Assembly: GCA_963806225.1 (NCBI GenBank)
Contig: CAWDXG010000001.1
Location: 1,056,001-1,120,000 of the forward strand
Length of the DNA stretch: 64,000 nt
Direction: 5' to 3'
Source: an uncultured delta proteobacterium
GTDB lineage: Bacteria > Myxococcota_A > Polyangia > Polyangiales > Polyangiaceae
The notes beneath the pieces were generated by a model, which did not search any database, was not told the origin of the DNA, and saw only the letters and a list, made by a program, of their open reading frames with translations. Below, in pieces: positions 1-10,589 of this stretch (position 1 is its first letter; each line of letters begins with the position of its first letter). The translations under genes and the position numbers were made by a program.

Positions 1-318
1 ACCACGGTGCGCCCCAAGCCGCCCTGGGAGGAACGCAAGCGCCGCTACATCGAGCAGGTGGCGACGGAGCCGCCCGACCTGAAGCTGGTGAGCGCAGCCG
101 ACAAGCTGCACAACGCCAGCTCGCTGTTGCGCGAGCACGCGGACGTAGGTGACCGTCTCTGGGACCGCTTCAACGCCACGCGCGATCAGACGCTCTGGTA
201 CTACCGCGAGATCATCCGCGCGCTCGGCCACGACTGGCAGCACCCCTTGCTCGACGAGCTGACCTCCGTCGTCCGCGCGCTGCACGAGCGTGTCGAGGTG
301 GAATACGACTCGCGGTGA
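1..318 (+). CDS. HD-domain hydrolase (RelA/SpoT-HD, Mesh1-like), 5' truncated by window edge
   Basis: PWEERKRRYIE...KLVSAADKLHN motif typical of stand-alone SpoT-HD proteins. Confidence 0.75.
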   Translation, partial: TTVRPKPPWEERKRRYIEQVATEPPDLKLVSAADKLHNASSLLREHADVGDRLWDRFNATRDQTLWYYREIIRALGHDWQHPLLDELTSVVRALHERVEVEYDSR

Positions 319-324
319 GCAGGC

Positions 325-1764
325 TCAGCACCACCTGACGCGGACGCGGTAGGTGATCTTCGTCTTGGCGTTGGCCGGGACCCTCACGGTGAAGGTGAAG
401 GTGTGGGCGTCCAGCTTCTTTGTCGGGTGGCTGGAGGAGAGGATCGACCACTCACCGCCGATGGGCTCGAAGTCCTCGACCGTGACGGCGCTGTTCTTGT
501 GGTTCCTGAGCTCGATCTGCCATGCGCTCTCGGACGCGCAGGTGCCGAGCGTCTTCCAGTCGGTCTGCTTTCGCTCGCCGACCACGTCGAAGGCCTCGCC
601 CATCTTGATGCGGAGCTTCTCGTCCTTCGGCGTGTGGTCGATGGAGTCCTCGCCGATGAACTGTTTCTGTCCCGAGCTGTCGGCCTTGTAGACGCGGACG
701 GTGCCCTTGGGCAGCGGCATGCCCATGTGGTTCTGCCTGGAGTTCTTGATGTCGAGGTAGACGCCCACCTTCTGGTTCGACATCACCTGTCCGTAGCGTC
801 CGCGGTACCAGTACTGCTGGCCGTAGAAGATGAGCTTCTTGTCGACGTGTAGGCCGGCCGCCTGGAGCAGCGTGACCTGCTTCTGCTCGTTGTCGAGCAC
901 GTCGGTTGGATGCGAGAGCGTGTACAGGTGGTACTCGAAGAAGCCCTCCTCGTGGAAGCTGGGCGCTTTGGCGGCTCCGCCCATTGGCGCGGACATCCTC
1001 CCGTAGCCGGTGCTGCTCGTGACCCGGTTCACGTCGCCGGCGACGAGCTTGAGGTGGGCGTTCTTGTAGGAGGCGCCAGAACGGTTGTCGAGCGTGACCC
1101 AGCCGGTGAGATCGCCGCGCCGGTCGTTCTTGCCGATGACCAGCACGTAGTCGGCATGCCAGTTGATGCCGCCTGTGAGGTAGGTGGCCTCGACGCGCTG
1201 GCGCGGCTGCTTGCTCTGTAGCTTCCAGACGAGCGTGGGCTTGGCGATGAGGTTGTCGGGCACGCTGGGAAATGCGAAGCGCCCTGGGAAACCGTAGGTG
1301 ACCTCGCCGTTCACGCGCACGACGGCCTGGCCGTTCACCACACTGAGCAGGTCCGCGTTGTAGACGATGTCGCGCCCGCGCTTGTCGTCCCAGCGGTAGA
1401 GCTTGACCTTCTTGCCCACGTATTTCTGCAGCAGCTTCTGGGGGCTGAGCAGGTCGTAGCGGTAGTTCTGCTCGAGCACGTCGAGCGCGCCGGGATTGGT
1501 GAGCGACTTGATGTGCACGGTTGCGGGCTGGATGCGCGAAGCGACATCGCGGAAGTCGAGCGAGACCTGCCCCGTGCCGAGATCAACGTCGCGCACCTCG
1601 CGCACCAGCCCCAGATTCTGGTTGTAGACGGTGATGTCCACTTCCTTGCGGTCGGCGGAGGTCGAGTGCTTGCCCGCCGGTGCCGCGTGGGCGGTGGAGC
1701 CGGCGAACAGGCCGGCTGTCACCAGTATCGCCAGCGTGCCCGGGGTCTTGAGCTTCGTCGCCAT
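325..1764 (-). CDS. DUF4139-domain secreted protein, copy A
   Basis: ITVYNQNLGLVREVR, EQNYRYDLL, FFEYHLY, PLPKGTVRVY motifs; signal peptide ending AHA; AAGGA upstream of ATG 1764. Confidence 0.85.
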   Translation of the reverse strand: MATKLKTPGTLAILVTAGLFAGSTAHAAPAGKHSTSADRKEVDITVYNQNLGLVREVRDVDLGTGQVSLDFRDVASRIQPATVHIKSLTNPGALDVLEQNYRYDLLSPQKLLQKYVGKKVKLYRWDDKRGRDIVYNADLLSVVNGQAVVRVNGEVTYGFPGRFAFPSVPDNLIAKPTLVWKLQSKQPRQRVEATYLTGGINWHADYVLVIGKNDRRGDLTGWVTLDNRSGASYKNAHLKLVAGDVNRVTSSTGYGRMSAPMGGAAKAPSFHEEGFFEYHLYTLSHPTDVLDNEQKQVTLLQAAGLHVDKKLIFYGQQYWYRGRYGQVMSNQKVGVYLDIKNSRQNHMGMPLPKGTVRVYKADSSGQKQFIGEDSIDHTPKDEKLRIKMGEAFDVVGERKQTDWKTLGTCASESAWQIELRNHKNSAVTVEDFEPIGGEWSILSSSHPTKKLDAHTFTFTVRVPANAKTKITYRVRVRWC

Positions 1765-1817
1765 CCTGGTTGTCCTTGCAATAGTCGAGGAATCCATGTG
1801 CTCGTCCCTGTGGCGTC

Positions 1818-3306
1818 TCAGCACCAGCGCAGCCGCACGCGGTAGGTGATCTTCGTCTTGCCGTTCGCCGGCACGTTCACGGTGAACGTGAACGTGTGGG
1901 CGTCCTTCTTCTTCGCCGGATGGTTCGACTGGAGGATCTCCCAGTCGCCTCCGATGGGCTCGTAGACCTCGACCTGTTCGGCCTTGTCCTTGTGGTTCCT
2001 GAGGTCGATCTCCCAGGCGCGTCTCGTACGTGCACATGCCGTACGTCTTCCAGTCGGTCTGCTTGCGATCGCCGACAACGTCGAAGGCGTCGCCCATCTT
2101 GACGCGGATCTTCTCGTCGCGCGGGGTGTGGTCGATGTTGTCCTCGCCGATGAACTCCGTCTGGCCCGAGCTGTCCGCCTTGTACACACGAACGGTGCCT
2201 TTCGGCAGCGGCATGCCCATGTGGTTCTGCTTCGAGTTCTTGATATCGAGGTAGACGCCGACCTTCTGATTCGAGACGACCTGGCCGTAGCGCCCGCGGT
2301 AGTAGCGCGCCGCACCGTAGAAGATCAGCGTCTTCTTGATGCCGATGTCGTGCGCTTCCAGCAGGCTGACCTGCTTCTGCTCCTTGTCGAGCAACGTGGT
2401 CGGGCGATCGAGCGTGTACAGGTGGTACTCGAAGAAGCCCTCTTCCTTGAACTGGGGCGGGGCGGGCGCCTCCGCGGCCTGGGCCTCGGCACGCGCCAGG
2501 ACGGTGTCGACCTGCGCCACGCGCTGCACGTCGCCCGCCACCAGCTTGAGCTTCGCGTCCGCGTAGTCCGTGCCGCTGGTATTGGACAGCGTGACCCAGC
2601 CGTTCAGGTCGCCACGCGTGTCGTCCTTGTTGATCACGAGGACGTAGTCCGCGCTCCAGCTCAGGTTCTTCGTCAGATAGGTGACCTCGACCTTCTGGTG
2701 CGCTGTGCTGCTGCCCAGCAGCCACACCAGCGTCGGCTTCGCGATCAGGTTGTCGGGTACTTTCGGGAAGGCGAAGCGGCCGGGGTAGCCGTAGGTGACC
2801 TCCCCGTTGATGCGCACGACGGGCTGGCCGCCTTCCACGCTCAGGATCTCGGCGTCGGTGACCTCGTCGCGACCGGTTTTCTCGTTCCAGCGGTAGAGCT
2901 TGACCTTCTTGCCGACGTATTTCTCGAGCAGCTTCTGGGGGCTGAGCAGATCGTAGCGGTAGTTCTGCTCCAGCACGTTCAGGGCGTCGGGGCTGGCGAT
3001 CGAGCGGATGTGCACCGTCTCGGGCTGGATGTGTGCGGAAACGTCGCGGTACTCGAGCGACACGCGCCCGGTGCCGAGATCGAGATCGCGGATTTCGCGG
3101 ACCAGACCGAAGTTCTGGTTGTAGACCGTGATCGCGACGCTCTGGCGCTCGGCCACGGTCGATTTCTGCTCATGCACCGGACCGGCGGCCCGGGTGGGCG
3201 GCTTCGCGGGTTTCCGGGCACCGCAGGCGACCAGCGAAAGCCCCAGCAGCGCGAGCGCGACCTGCCGCCGGGCGGATGGGGAACGGAACGGCGACAACGA
3301 GCTCAT
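1818..3306 (-). CDS. DUF4139-domain lipoprotein, copy B (1-nt frameshift near 2020)
   Basis: Lipobox SLVAC; homologous to copy A; C-terminus (AWEIDLRNHK...VRLRWC) continues in ORF 1818..2315 frame, so the 1044-aa ORF is an artefactual fusion. Confidence 0.8.
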
Positions 3307-3585
3307 GGCATTTTCCTGCACACAGGCGATAGGCAACGCCCGCCTGGCGGGCGGGCTGGACGGATACAGTGCTACCGACGACGTACCACCCAACGGGACA
3401 ACCCCGACGCACCTTACAGCGCCGCGGAGATCGCTCCTAGCCCGGTCGCCCCTCGTCATGCCTTCGTCATGATCGACGACAACTTCTGTCTTTCATCCGT
3501 CCCTTGACGACGGCGCTTGGAAGCAGCACAGAAAGGGTGCGACCGAGCACAGCCTACGAGGCTTGTGGAGTTGGGAGGGCGTTCG

Positions 3586-3948
3586 ATGAAGGCATGTCAC
3601 GTCCGGTTCCGCGGCGTCACCGCAACGGCGGAGCTGCTGCGCGTGATCCGGGAGCACGAGGGCATTTTGCAGCAGAAGCTCGAACCGGGAGAGCGCTGCG
3701 AGTCGGTGCTGCTCGAGTGCGTCGACGACGGGCAGGTCCGCGTCACGCTGCGCCTGCGCCTGGGCGCCACCGGTGACATGCACGTCTACCAGTACGCCAG
3801 CGACGCCCTCGGCGCCGTGCACCAGGCGTTCTACCAGGCCTTCAGGCGCGCACAGCAGCAGAGCCCGCCCAGCTCGGGGGTGCGTTCAGCGCGGCCCGGG
3901 CTGCGCCGCACCGGCGGCGAGTCGTTCCGGAGAGCCGGCACGGCTTGA
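3586..3948 (+). CDS. Divergent HPF/RaiA-like small protein
   Basis: HVRFRGVTATAELLRVIREH...DALGAVHQAF resembles the HPF fold; GGAGG RBS upstream. Confidence 0.5.
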   Translation: MKACHVRFRGVTATAELLRVIREHEGILQQKLEPGERCESVLLECVDDGQVRVTLRLRLGATGDMHVYQYASDALGAVHQAFYQAFRRAQQQSPPSSGVRSARPGLRRTGGESFRRAGTA

Positions 3949-3977
3949 TCGCGGGGGGGCGCCCTGACCGGAGCGCG

Positions 3978-5177
3978 TCAGCGCCCGCGCCGATGCGGCC
4001 TGGCAGGGGCTTCCGGCGCGGCCTTGCGCTTCGGCGCTGCGCGCTTCGGCGCTGCGCGCTTCGGCGCTGCGCGCTTCCCCGGGTGGCCCTTGGGCTTGGA
4101 CTTTGACGGCGGGCGCGCGCTCGGCGCCGGGCGCGAGCGCGGCGCCGCGCGCGGAGGTGGGGCCCGCCGCACCGGCGCGGTGCGCGGAGCCGCGCGCCGC
4201 GAACCCCGCGGCGCGGTGCGCGGAGCCGCGCTGTCCGGAGCCGCTCGCGCCGGCCACGCCGGAACAGCTCGCCCAGGTCGTGGAGAAGCCGGCTGGCGCT
4301 GCGTCACCCGGGCCGACGTGCTGCGGCGCGCGGCGAGCACAGCCCGCGGACTGGGCATGACGCGTGTTCTCGGCATGGCCGATGCAGGGACGTGCGTGCG
4401 TGACACCGGTGGCCCCATCAACGGGCTGCGCGCGGGCCGGTGATAGCGCTGCGTGTGGGAGGCGACGAAACGAAGCCGTGAGCGCGGCACCAGATGGCGC
4501 CGGAGCGAATGCCCGAACACGTAGTGCGAGTGGCAGAACACGAACGGCAGCGGAGGGCGATGGTAGAGCACGACCGCGACGCCGCCGAACCAGACGTAGG
4601 CCGGGGGCATGGGCGCCCAGCCCACGTAGTCGTAGCCGGGCTCCGGCACACGCCATACCACCCACGCGCTGGCGTAGCGCCGCCCCGGGATCCAGGCCCA
4701 GCCCGTTCCGCTGATCCACACCCAGCGTCCGTAGTGGAAGACCACCCAGCCCCACGGCAGGTCGCTGACCCACACCCAGTCGCCGTTGGTTGCGAGCGCC
4801 CAGTGGCCTGAAGTCAGGTACGGGGCGAAGTCGGCGCCCGCGTCGCGCGGGTCAGGGACCCAGACCACGCCGTACACCGGATCGTCGATCCACGTCCCGT
4901 ACGGGTCGAGGGTGGGGCGGAAGTAGGTGAGCGCACCCGGATCGGTGTCCGCGTACACGTCGGGAGTCGCTGCGACAGGTGCGGGGCGGGGAGCCGGGGC
5001 CGGCGCGGCTCCGGCTTCGGCTGCAATCCCGCCGTCCGCCGCTGGTCCAGACGATGCCGCGGCGGCAGCGGATTGGGCGCTAGCCGGCGGCAGAGCCATC
5101 AGCAGCACGAGCACGCCCGACAGCACCGCGAGCAATGCGCGCGCCGGCGTTCCGGGCTTCGAGCCAGGTTGCGACAT
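3978..5177 (-). CDS. DUF6600-like Trp-rich secreted protein with Pro/Arg-rich tail
   Basis: PYGTWIDDPVYGVVWVP, GHW, WVSDLPWGWVVFHYGRW, WVVWR motifs; signal peptide. Confidence 0.75.
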   Translation of the reverse strand: MSQPGSKPGTPARALLAVLSGVLVLLMALPPASAQSAAAAASSGPAADGGIAAEAGAAPAPAPRPAPVAATPDVYADTDPGALTYFRPTLDPYGTWIDDPVYGVVWVPDPRDAGADFAPYLTSGHWALATNGDWVWVSDLPWGWVVFHYGRWVWISGTGWAWIPGRRYASAWVVWRVPEPGYDYVGWAPMPPAYVWFGGVAVVLYHRPPLPFVFCHSHYVFGHSLRRHLVPRSRLRFVASHTQRYHRPARSPLMGPPVSRTHVPASAMPRTRVMPSPRAVLAARRSTSARVTQRQPASPRPGRAVPAWPARAAPDSAAPRTAPRGSRRAAPRTAPVRRAPPPRAAPRSRPAPSARPPSKSKPKGHPGKRAAPKRAAPKRAAPKRKAAPEAPARPHRRGR

Positions 5178-5340
5178 GTCAGGTTCCTCGTCCTCGACCA
5201 CGCAAGAGGCAGGCCAAGCCGCAAATTGCCGGTCCGGAGCCGCCAGGCACCGCGCAAGCGGCGCGTGGGCCCCCGCCGGCGCTGCATGGGCTGCACGTCC
5301 GGCCTTCCCGGATCCGTGAGGCGGACCCACGCTGGTGGTC

Positions 5341-6160
5341 ATGGCGGATGCGAAGATCGCGTACGTGACGGTGCTGACGGGCGGCGATGCGTACCTGCCG
5401 GGTGTGGAGGTGCTGGGGCAGTCGATCCGCGCCAGTGGATCGAACGTCCCGCACGTTGTGATGGTCACCCCCGACGTTCGGGGCGAGTGCTCGCGGCGCT
5501 CTATCGGCGCAGGGCTCGATCCTGCGGGACATCGAGCCGATCCCGAACCCCAGCCCTGCGCGGGCGCACCTGTATCCCCGCTTCGCCCACGTGTTCACGA
5601 AGCTCAGGGCCTGGGACCTGACCGAGTACGACAAGCTCGTGCTGCTCGACGCCGACACGATCGTCGTCCAGCGCATCGACGATCTGTTCGAGCGACCCGG
5701 AATTGCCGCCGCGCCCGACTTCTTCCTGCCCGATCAATTCAACTCGGGCGTGATGGTGCTCGAGCCCGGAGAGCAGACGTTCCGCGCCATGCTGGATCGG
5801 CTCGGAAGCGTTCCGAGCTACGACGGCGGCGACCAGGGCTTCCTCAACGAGTTCTTCCACGACTGGTACGCGATGCCGGTCGAGCATCGCCTGCCGATCG
5901 GCTACAACGTGCACAACTTCATCTTCCAGTTCCTGCACAGTCACCAGAGCCTGAAGGCCGAGCTGGCACGCCGCGTGAAGGTGATCCACTACACGCTCCA
6001 GAAGCCCTGGCTGAGCCATCCCACTGTGTCGGGTGGCGCTGCGCTGTGGTGGCGCACCTACTTCGATGTGCACCCCGAGCGGGATCGCGCATGGAAGCGC
6101 CGGTTCCACGAGCTCGAAGACTGGTCGTTCGAGTGGGTGGTGGCGCTGCTGTCGCGCTAG
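5341..6160 (+). CDS. Glycosyltransferase family 8 (glycogenin-like), frameshifted near 5480-5520
   Basis: AYVTVLT..YLPG, then FTKLRAWDLTEYDKLVLLDAD, FNSGVMV, GGDQGFLN, HYT.QKPW in a second frame. Confidence 0.85.
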
Positions 6161-6264
6161 CCGCGGTCGCCCGCAACTTGACGATTTGCAAGACGGAGAC
6201 CCCGCACAAGCCGCCGTCAGCCCGAGGTTGTCAGCGCCGCCCGGAAGCGCTACTCGCATGCACG

Positions 6265-8721
6265 GTGCGAAAAACGGCAGAGAGGGAGGGTGCCGCGGCG
6301 GCATTCCAGATCGTCGTGGCGTTGAGGGGAGCTCGGCCGCGCGTGTGGCGTCGCGTGCTGGTGCGTGGCGACATGCTCCTGTCGGAGCTACACGGCGTGC
6401 TCCAGGCCGTCACGGATGCGGGGGCGGAACTGCACGCCTTCAGTCTGCCCGGTGCGCACCACCGCTCTGCGTTGCGCGACAGCTTCGTCGCGGATACGGA
6501 CGAGCGCTGCATCCGTCTGGCCGACGTGGCAGCCGCCGGGACGCGCCTTCACTACGAGTGCATCGGCGACGAGTGCTGGCGCTACCGGCTCGACGTGGAG
6601 ACGGTGCGTCCCGTGGAACCCGACGTGGGTTATCCCGTGTGTCTGGCGGGGCGCTCCGCGTGTCCCGGTGCGCCCGTCGATTTCGATCTCGGCCGTATCA
6701 ACCAGCGCCTGGCCGCATTCCAGCAGCTGCCGGCTCCGCGGCGCAGCGCCGCGCCACCCGGCGCGCGGGAATGCCGGCGCGCCCGCGAGGCTCTGGCGGG
6801 GATCCGCCAGCGACTGCCCCTGAGGGGGGAGGAGCTCCGCCTGGAGCTCGCCGGGCTTTCGCCCCGTGCCATCCAGCACGAGCTGGTCGCCATGATCGAA
6901 GAGCCGGCAAGCTTTGCCGTGCGGCTGCTCGTCGTGGACGCGTTCGTGGAGGTCGGGCTCGGCGACAGCGTGCGGAAGCTCCAGGCCATCGCGGCCGACA
7001 CGGCGCGGCCCATCGCTGCGCGCGGGCTGGCGTTCGATGTGCTGTCCCTGATGGAGCCCACCGCGACCGCATCCGTGCTGGCTGCGCTGACATCCAGACA
7101 GCGCGAGCTTCTGCTCGAGGAGCAGTTCGGTAATCTGCTGGTCGCGACCCAGGTGGAACGCGACGCTGCCGTGCTCGTCGCCCAGACACTCGCCGACCAG
7201 GTGGCGCTGGGCGACCATGGGTTTCTGGCGTTTCTCGAGGGCTGTCGCGCCCTGGTCGGCGTACCGGCGGCGGTGGTGTACGGCGAAGCCCTGCTTTCGC
7301 CGCCACTCACGCCCATCCGGTCACGCCTGCTCGAGCTCCTCGTATCTGCTGGCGGCAGCCAGGTTGCGGCGCTTCTCGCACGGGCCCGCGACGAGACCGC
7401 CAACGTCCACTGGAGGAGCCGGCTGCAGCGCGCGCTGATGGGCGTGCTGACGGACACCATCCGCGCCCGCCAGCGCACGCCGGCCGTCGCTGGCAGGGCA
7501 TGGATGACGGGGTGCGACTCGCTGGGCCGATTCGCCTTGTTCGCGCACGTGGAGACGCCGCGCGCGAGCGCTTTCGCCAGCGTGGTGGCGTCCCTCGACG
7601 GCGGCTTCCACGACGCCGAGCTGGAGCCGCGGGTTTCGCGCGACGAGGCCCGGCTTCGCCTGTCCGCCTTCGTTTCGACGACGGGCGACCGGCTTGTTGA
7701 AATCCCACTGACCGAAGCCGCCGCATACATCGCGCTCATCGCACGCCGGACGCGGGAGCAGGGCCTGGAGGTCTCGCACCGGACGGCGGTGGCGGTCGAG
7801 CTGCTCGAGAGCGCCTGGGACGGCGCTCTGCCCAAAGCTTCCCCCGGCAGTCGAACGGGTCCGGTCGACGACGAGCAGGTCCGTGCTCTGCTGGAGCGAT
7901 CGCGATACATGAGGGCGTGGCGCTTCGACCCGGCGGGGCTGGACGATCCAGCGGCGGGCGGAGCCTTCCCCGGCACGGCAGCATGGCGCCGGCGCGCGCT
8001 GGTCCGGATTGCGCGCTCGGGGTTTGCCGATCGCCTGCGATCGATGTGTCTGTTCATGAGCCGCTGGCACGAGCTGGATGGGGAGCACGAGGCAGCGGTG
8101 TTGTGCGGCGCCCTGGCCGCAGAGCTCGAGCGAGGCGCATCCTCCAGCAGCCTGTGCCGCGTACTCCTCGACGACGTGGAGAGCGCGTCGTCGACGCGGG
8201 CGCCGCTGCCGGTTGGCAACAGTGCGTTGCGCGACAGGCTCAGAACGCGGTTCTTCGCGACGGTCGAGACCGCCCGGGGCGCCGACCTGGCCCGGCTCGA
8301 CTTCGCGGAGGCTGCCCGCCTTGCGCTCGACGCGGAGCTCGTCGTGTTCGATCTGCCGCCGCTCCCCGAGGATGCCTGCGACGCGCTGGCGCATGAGCTC
8401 GGTCGGCTCCTGTCCCGCGTGCTTTCGGGGCGTCGTGTCGGGCAGCGCACGGGGGATCGCCTGCGCGCGCGCTTCATGCGACTACTCGGACTGGATGAGG
8501 AACGGTCCGCTATCGTTTTCGATGCGGTGATGGCTTCGCTGGCGGCCTTCCGCGAGCACGCCTGCTCCCGGTGCCCGGTCGCGTGTCTGGGACGGCTTTC
8601 GGGCGATTGCACGGAAGCGTTCCGCTCCGAGCGGCACCCGCTCGCGCAGCCGCCGGGCCCGCAGCGGCAGAGTCTCGCGCCGGCGTCGCCCCGGGAACAT
8701 GCGCCGCGGCGCCGCCCCTAG
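6265..8721 (+). CDS. Large protein with N-terminal pRiA4b ORF3-like domain
   Basis: RPRVWRRVLV...LSELHGVLQ...YPVCLAGRSACP...FDL.RIN matches the pRiA4b_ORF3 pattern; start approximate (GTG). Confidence 0.6.
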   Translation: MRKTAEREGAAAAFQIVVALRGARPRVWRRVLVRGDMLLSELHGVLQAVTDAGAELHAFSLPGAHHRSALRDSFVADTDERCIRLADVAAAGTRLHYECIGDECWRYRLDVETVRPVEPDVGYPVCLAGRSACPGAPVDFDLGRINQRLAAFQQLPAPRRSAAPPGARECRRAREALAGIRQRLPLRGEELRLELAGLSPRAIQHELVAMIEEPASFAVRLLVVDAFVEVGLGDSVRKLQAIAADTARPIAARGLAFDVLSLMEPTATASVLAALTSRQRELLLEEQFGNLLVATQVERDAAVLVAQTLADQVALGDHGFLAFLEGCRALVGVPAAVVYGEALLSPPLTPIRSRLLELLVSAGGSQVAALLARARDETANVHWRSRLQRALMGVLTDTIRARQRTPAVAGRAWMTGCDSLGRFALFAHVETPRASAFASVVASLDGGFHDAELEPRVSRDEARLRLSAFVSTTGDRLVEIPLTEAAAYIALIARRTREQGLEVSHRTAVAVELLESAWDGALPKASPGSRTGPVDDEQVRALLERSRYMRAWRFDPAGLDDPAAGGAFPGTAAWRRRALVRIARSGFADRLRSMCLFMSRWHELDGEHEAAVLCGALAAELERGASSSSLCRVLLDDVESASSTRAPLPVGNSALRDRLRTRFFATVETARGADLARLDFAEAARLALDAELVVFDLPPLPEDACDALAHELGRLLSRVLSGRRVGQRTGDRLRARFMRLLGLDEERSAIVFDAVMASLAAFREHACSRCPVACLGRLSGDCTEAFRSERHPLAQPPGPQRQSLAPASPREHAPRRRP

Positions 8722-8939
8722 CTTCCGCCGCGCGTCGGCGGCTGCCGGAGCGGCGCCTCCTCGAACAGCCGTGGGTAGCACCACCAGTGCCCGTCGCGCC
8801 GTGCGAGCCTGAGCAGCGCTTCGAACACCTTGGCGTGATGCTCGTTGTCGGCCAGAAGCTGCGCCGGCGTGCCGACGACGAGCGTGCGCACGCGCGGGTC
8901 GCTCAGAAAGTTGCCGGTACGCTGGTCGACGAGCATCAC
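8718..8939 (-). CDS. Small hypothetical protein
   Basis: 73-aa ORF filling the gap, plausible composition. Confidence 0.35.
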   Translation of the reverse strand: MMLVDQRTGNFLSDPRVRTLVVGTPAQLLADNEHHAKVFEALLRLARRDGHWWCYPRLFEEAPLRQPPTRGGS

Positions 8940-9115
8940 GGAATCCTCGACAGCGTGTCCGGCCTGCCGTTCACGCTCTCTTCGAAGCTAACCACCGGGG
9001 AGCGGCTTGCTTACAGGTGATCGACGGAGGCTTGTCCGCGCGTATTCGATACGCCGCGCGCTGTGCCGCTTGCTCCTGGCACAGGCGACGACACCGTCGT
9101 AGACTTCGCGCCCAG

Positions 9116-9781
9116 TTGACACACTCGCCTCGAGCCGCGGAGTTCCACGCCGTCATTTTCGATCTCGGCGGCGTCGTGTTCGACTCGCCGCTGGCCGAGT
9201 TCCGGCGCTTCGAGAAAGAGCGGGGGCTGCCTGATCTGTTGCTGGGCCGCATCGTGATGGGGTCGGGCCCGGACGGCGCCTGGGCCCGCCTGGAACGCGG
9301 CGAGCTCTCCCTCGCGGAGTTCTGCGCAGCCTTCGAAGAAGATGCGCGAGCCGCCGGCGCGGACATCTCCGCCACCGAGCTGATGGACCGGGTGGCTCGC
9401 TCCATGAAGGTCCGCCCCGTCATGCTCGGAGCCGTGCGCCGCCTGCGATCACACGGGCTTTCGACCGCCGCCCTGACGAACAACTGGAAGCTGGGCGAGG
9501 CCGGCGACGCGCGGATGAGCGAGCTCCGTCGGGAGTTCGACGTTTTCGTCGAGTCCTGCAAGACAGGCCTGCGCAAGCCCGACCCCGCGATCTACCAGCT
9601 TGCGCTTCGCGAGCTGTCGGTGCGTCCGGAACACGCTGTGTTCCTCGACGACCTCGGTCACAACCTGAAGCCGGCGCGGGCGCTCGGTATGGAGACGATC
9701 AAGGTGACCGAGCCCGAAGCTGCGCTTGCGGAACTCGGCGAGCTTCTAGGCCTGGAGCTACTGTCCTCAGCTGCAAAATGA
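9116..9781 (+). CDS. HAD-family phosphatase (epoxide hydrolase N-terminal-like)
   Basis: AVIFDLGGV, LTNN, RKPDPAIY, FLDDLGHN motifs; start approximate. Confidence 0.88.
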   Translation: MTHSPRAAEFHAVIFDLGGVVFDSPLAEFRRFEKERGLPDLLLGRIVMGSGPDGAWARLERGELSLAEFCAAFEEDARAAGADISATELMDRVARSMKVRPVMLGAVRRLRSHGLSTAALTNNWKLGEAGDARMSELRREFDVFVESCKTGLRKPDPAIYQLALRELSVRPEHAVFLDDLGHNLKPARALGMETIKVTEPEAALAELGELLGLELLSSAAK

Positions 9782-9909
9782 TTTGCACTCGACGCGGCGT
9801 TCTTCGAGGACCAAGGGTAATGGCGGCCGGGAAGAGAGGGGCTCGCTTCGCGCGAGTGGCGGCGGGCCCGGGTCCAATGCGGCCCGGGCTCGCCGGCGTG
9901 GCGGCTCCG

Positions 9910-10506
9910 CTACTCGTTGCCTTCGACGTTGCCGCCTCCGCTGCTCCGCCGCGTCGAGCGCAACATGTGCTGCAACAGCTGGCGGGACACGTGCAGGAGA
10001 CGCGCTGCGCCCCTGCGGCTACCGCCAGCCCGGGCCAGCGCCTCTGCGACCATGGTACGGCGGACGTGCCGTTCCAGCTCCCGAACCGGAACGTGCCCCA
10101 CCTGCGCCCGCACGTGCGGTGTCATGTCGGGCGGCATGTGCAGCGCCTCGTCGATCGCGAGCTCGAGTGCTTCGAGCCGCAGCGGTTTGGTGAGGTAGCT
10201 CCGGACCCCGAGCTGCGCGAGGCGGAACGACTCGGAGGGCCCGGCGACGCCGCTCATGGCAATGACGACCGGCGCCGCGGGCAGCTCGGAGGCTTCGCGC
10301 AGAACGTCGAAAGCGTCCCCGTCCGGTAGCTCCACGTCGAGCACGAGCAGCTCCGGACTCCACTCGCGGAGGACGCGGCGTGCCTCGGCCACCGTGCCGC
10401 ACGCGCGCACGGAGTACCCCCGGCCGGCGAGCGTGCGCTCCAGGGTCTTGAGCAGGGCCGGATTGTCTTCCACGACGAGCGCGCACACCGCTGCCTCCGG
10501 GCCCAT
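9910..10506 (-). CDS. Response regulator (REC + Fis-type HTH, RegA-like)
   Basis: LVVEDN, VLDVELPDG, YLTKP; C-terminal GSRRGAARLLHVSRQ. Confidence 0.88.
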   Translation of the reverse strand: MGPEAAVCALVVEDNPALLKTLERTLAGRGYSVRACGTVAEARRVLREWSPELLVLDVELPDGDAFDVLREASELPAAPVVIAMSGVAGPSESFRLAQLGVRSYLTKPLRLEALELAIDEALHMPPDMTPHVRAQVGHVPVRELERHVRRTMVAEALARAGGSRRGAARLLHVSRQLLQHMLRSTRRSSGGGNVEGNE

Positions 10507-10589
10507 ATACGTAGGGTGACCACGCGCGGCCGGGGCGTCAATGTCGCCGCGCCGTTGCAGGCCGTGGCCGGCACCCCGATACTCGGGTC

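Noticed and set aside
325..3459. 1044-aa tandem DUF4139 fusion ORF
   Set aside because: A 1-nt frameshift near 2020 joins two separate genes; copy B's true C-terminus and stop lie in another frame
5335..8721. 1128-aa GT8/ORF3 fusion
   Set aside because: The GT8 frameshift reads through into the next gene's frame
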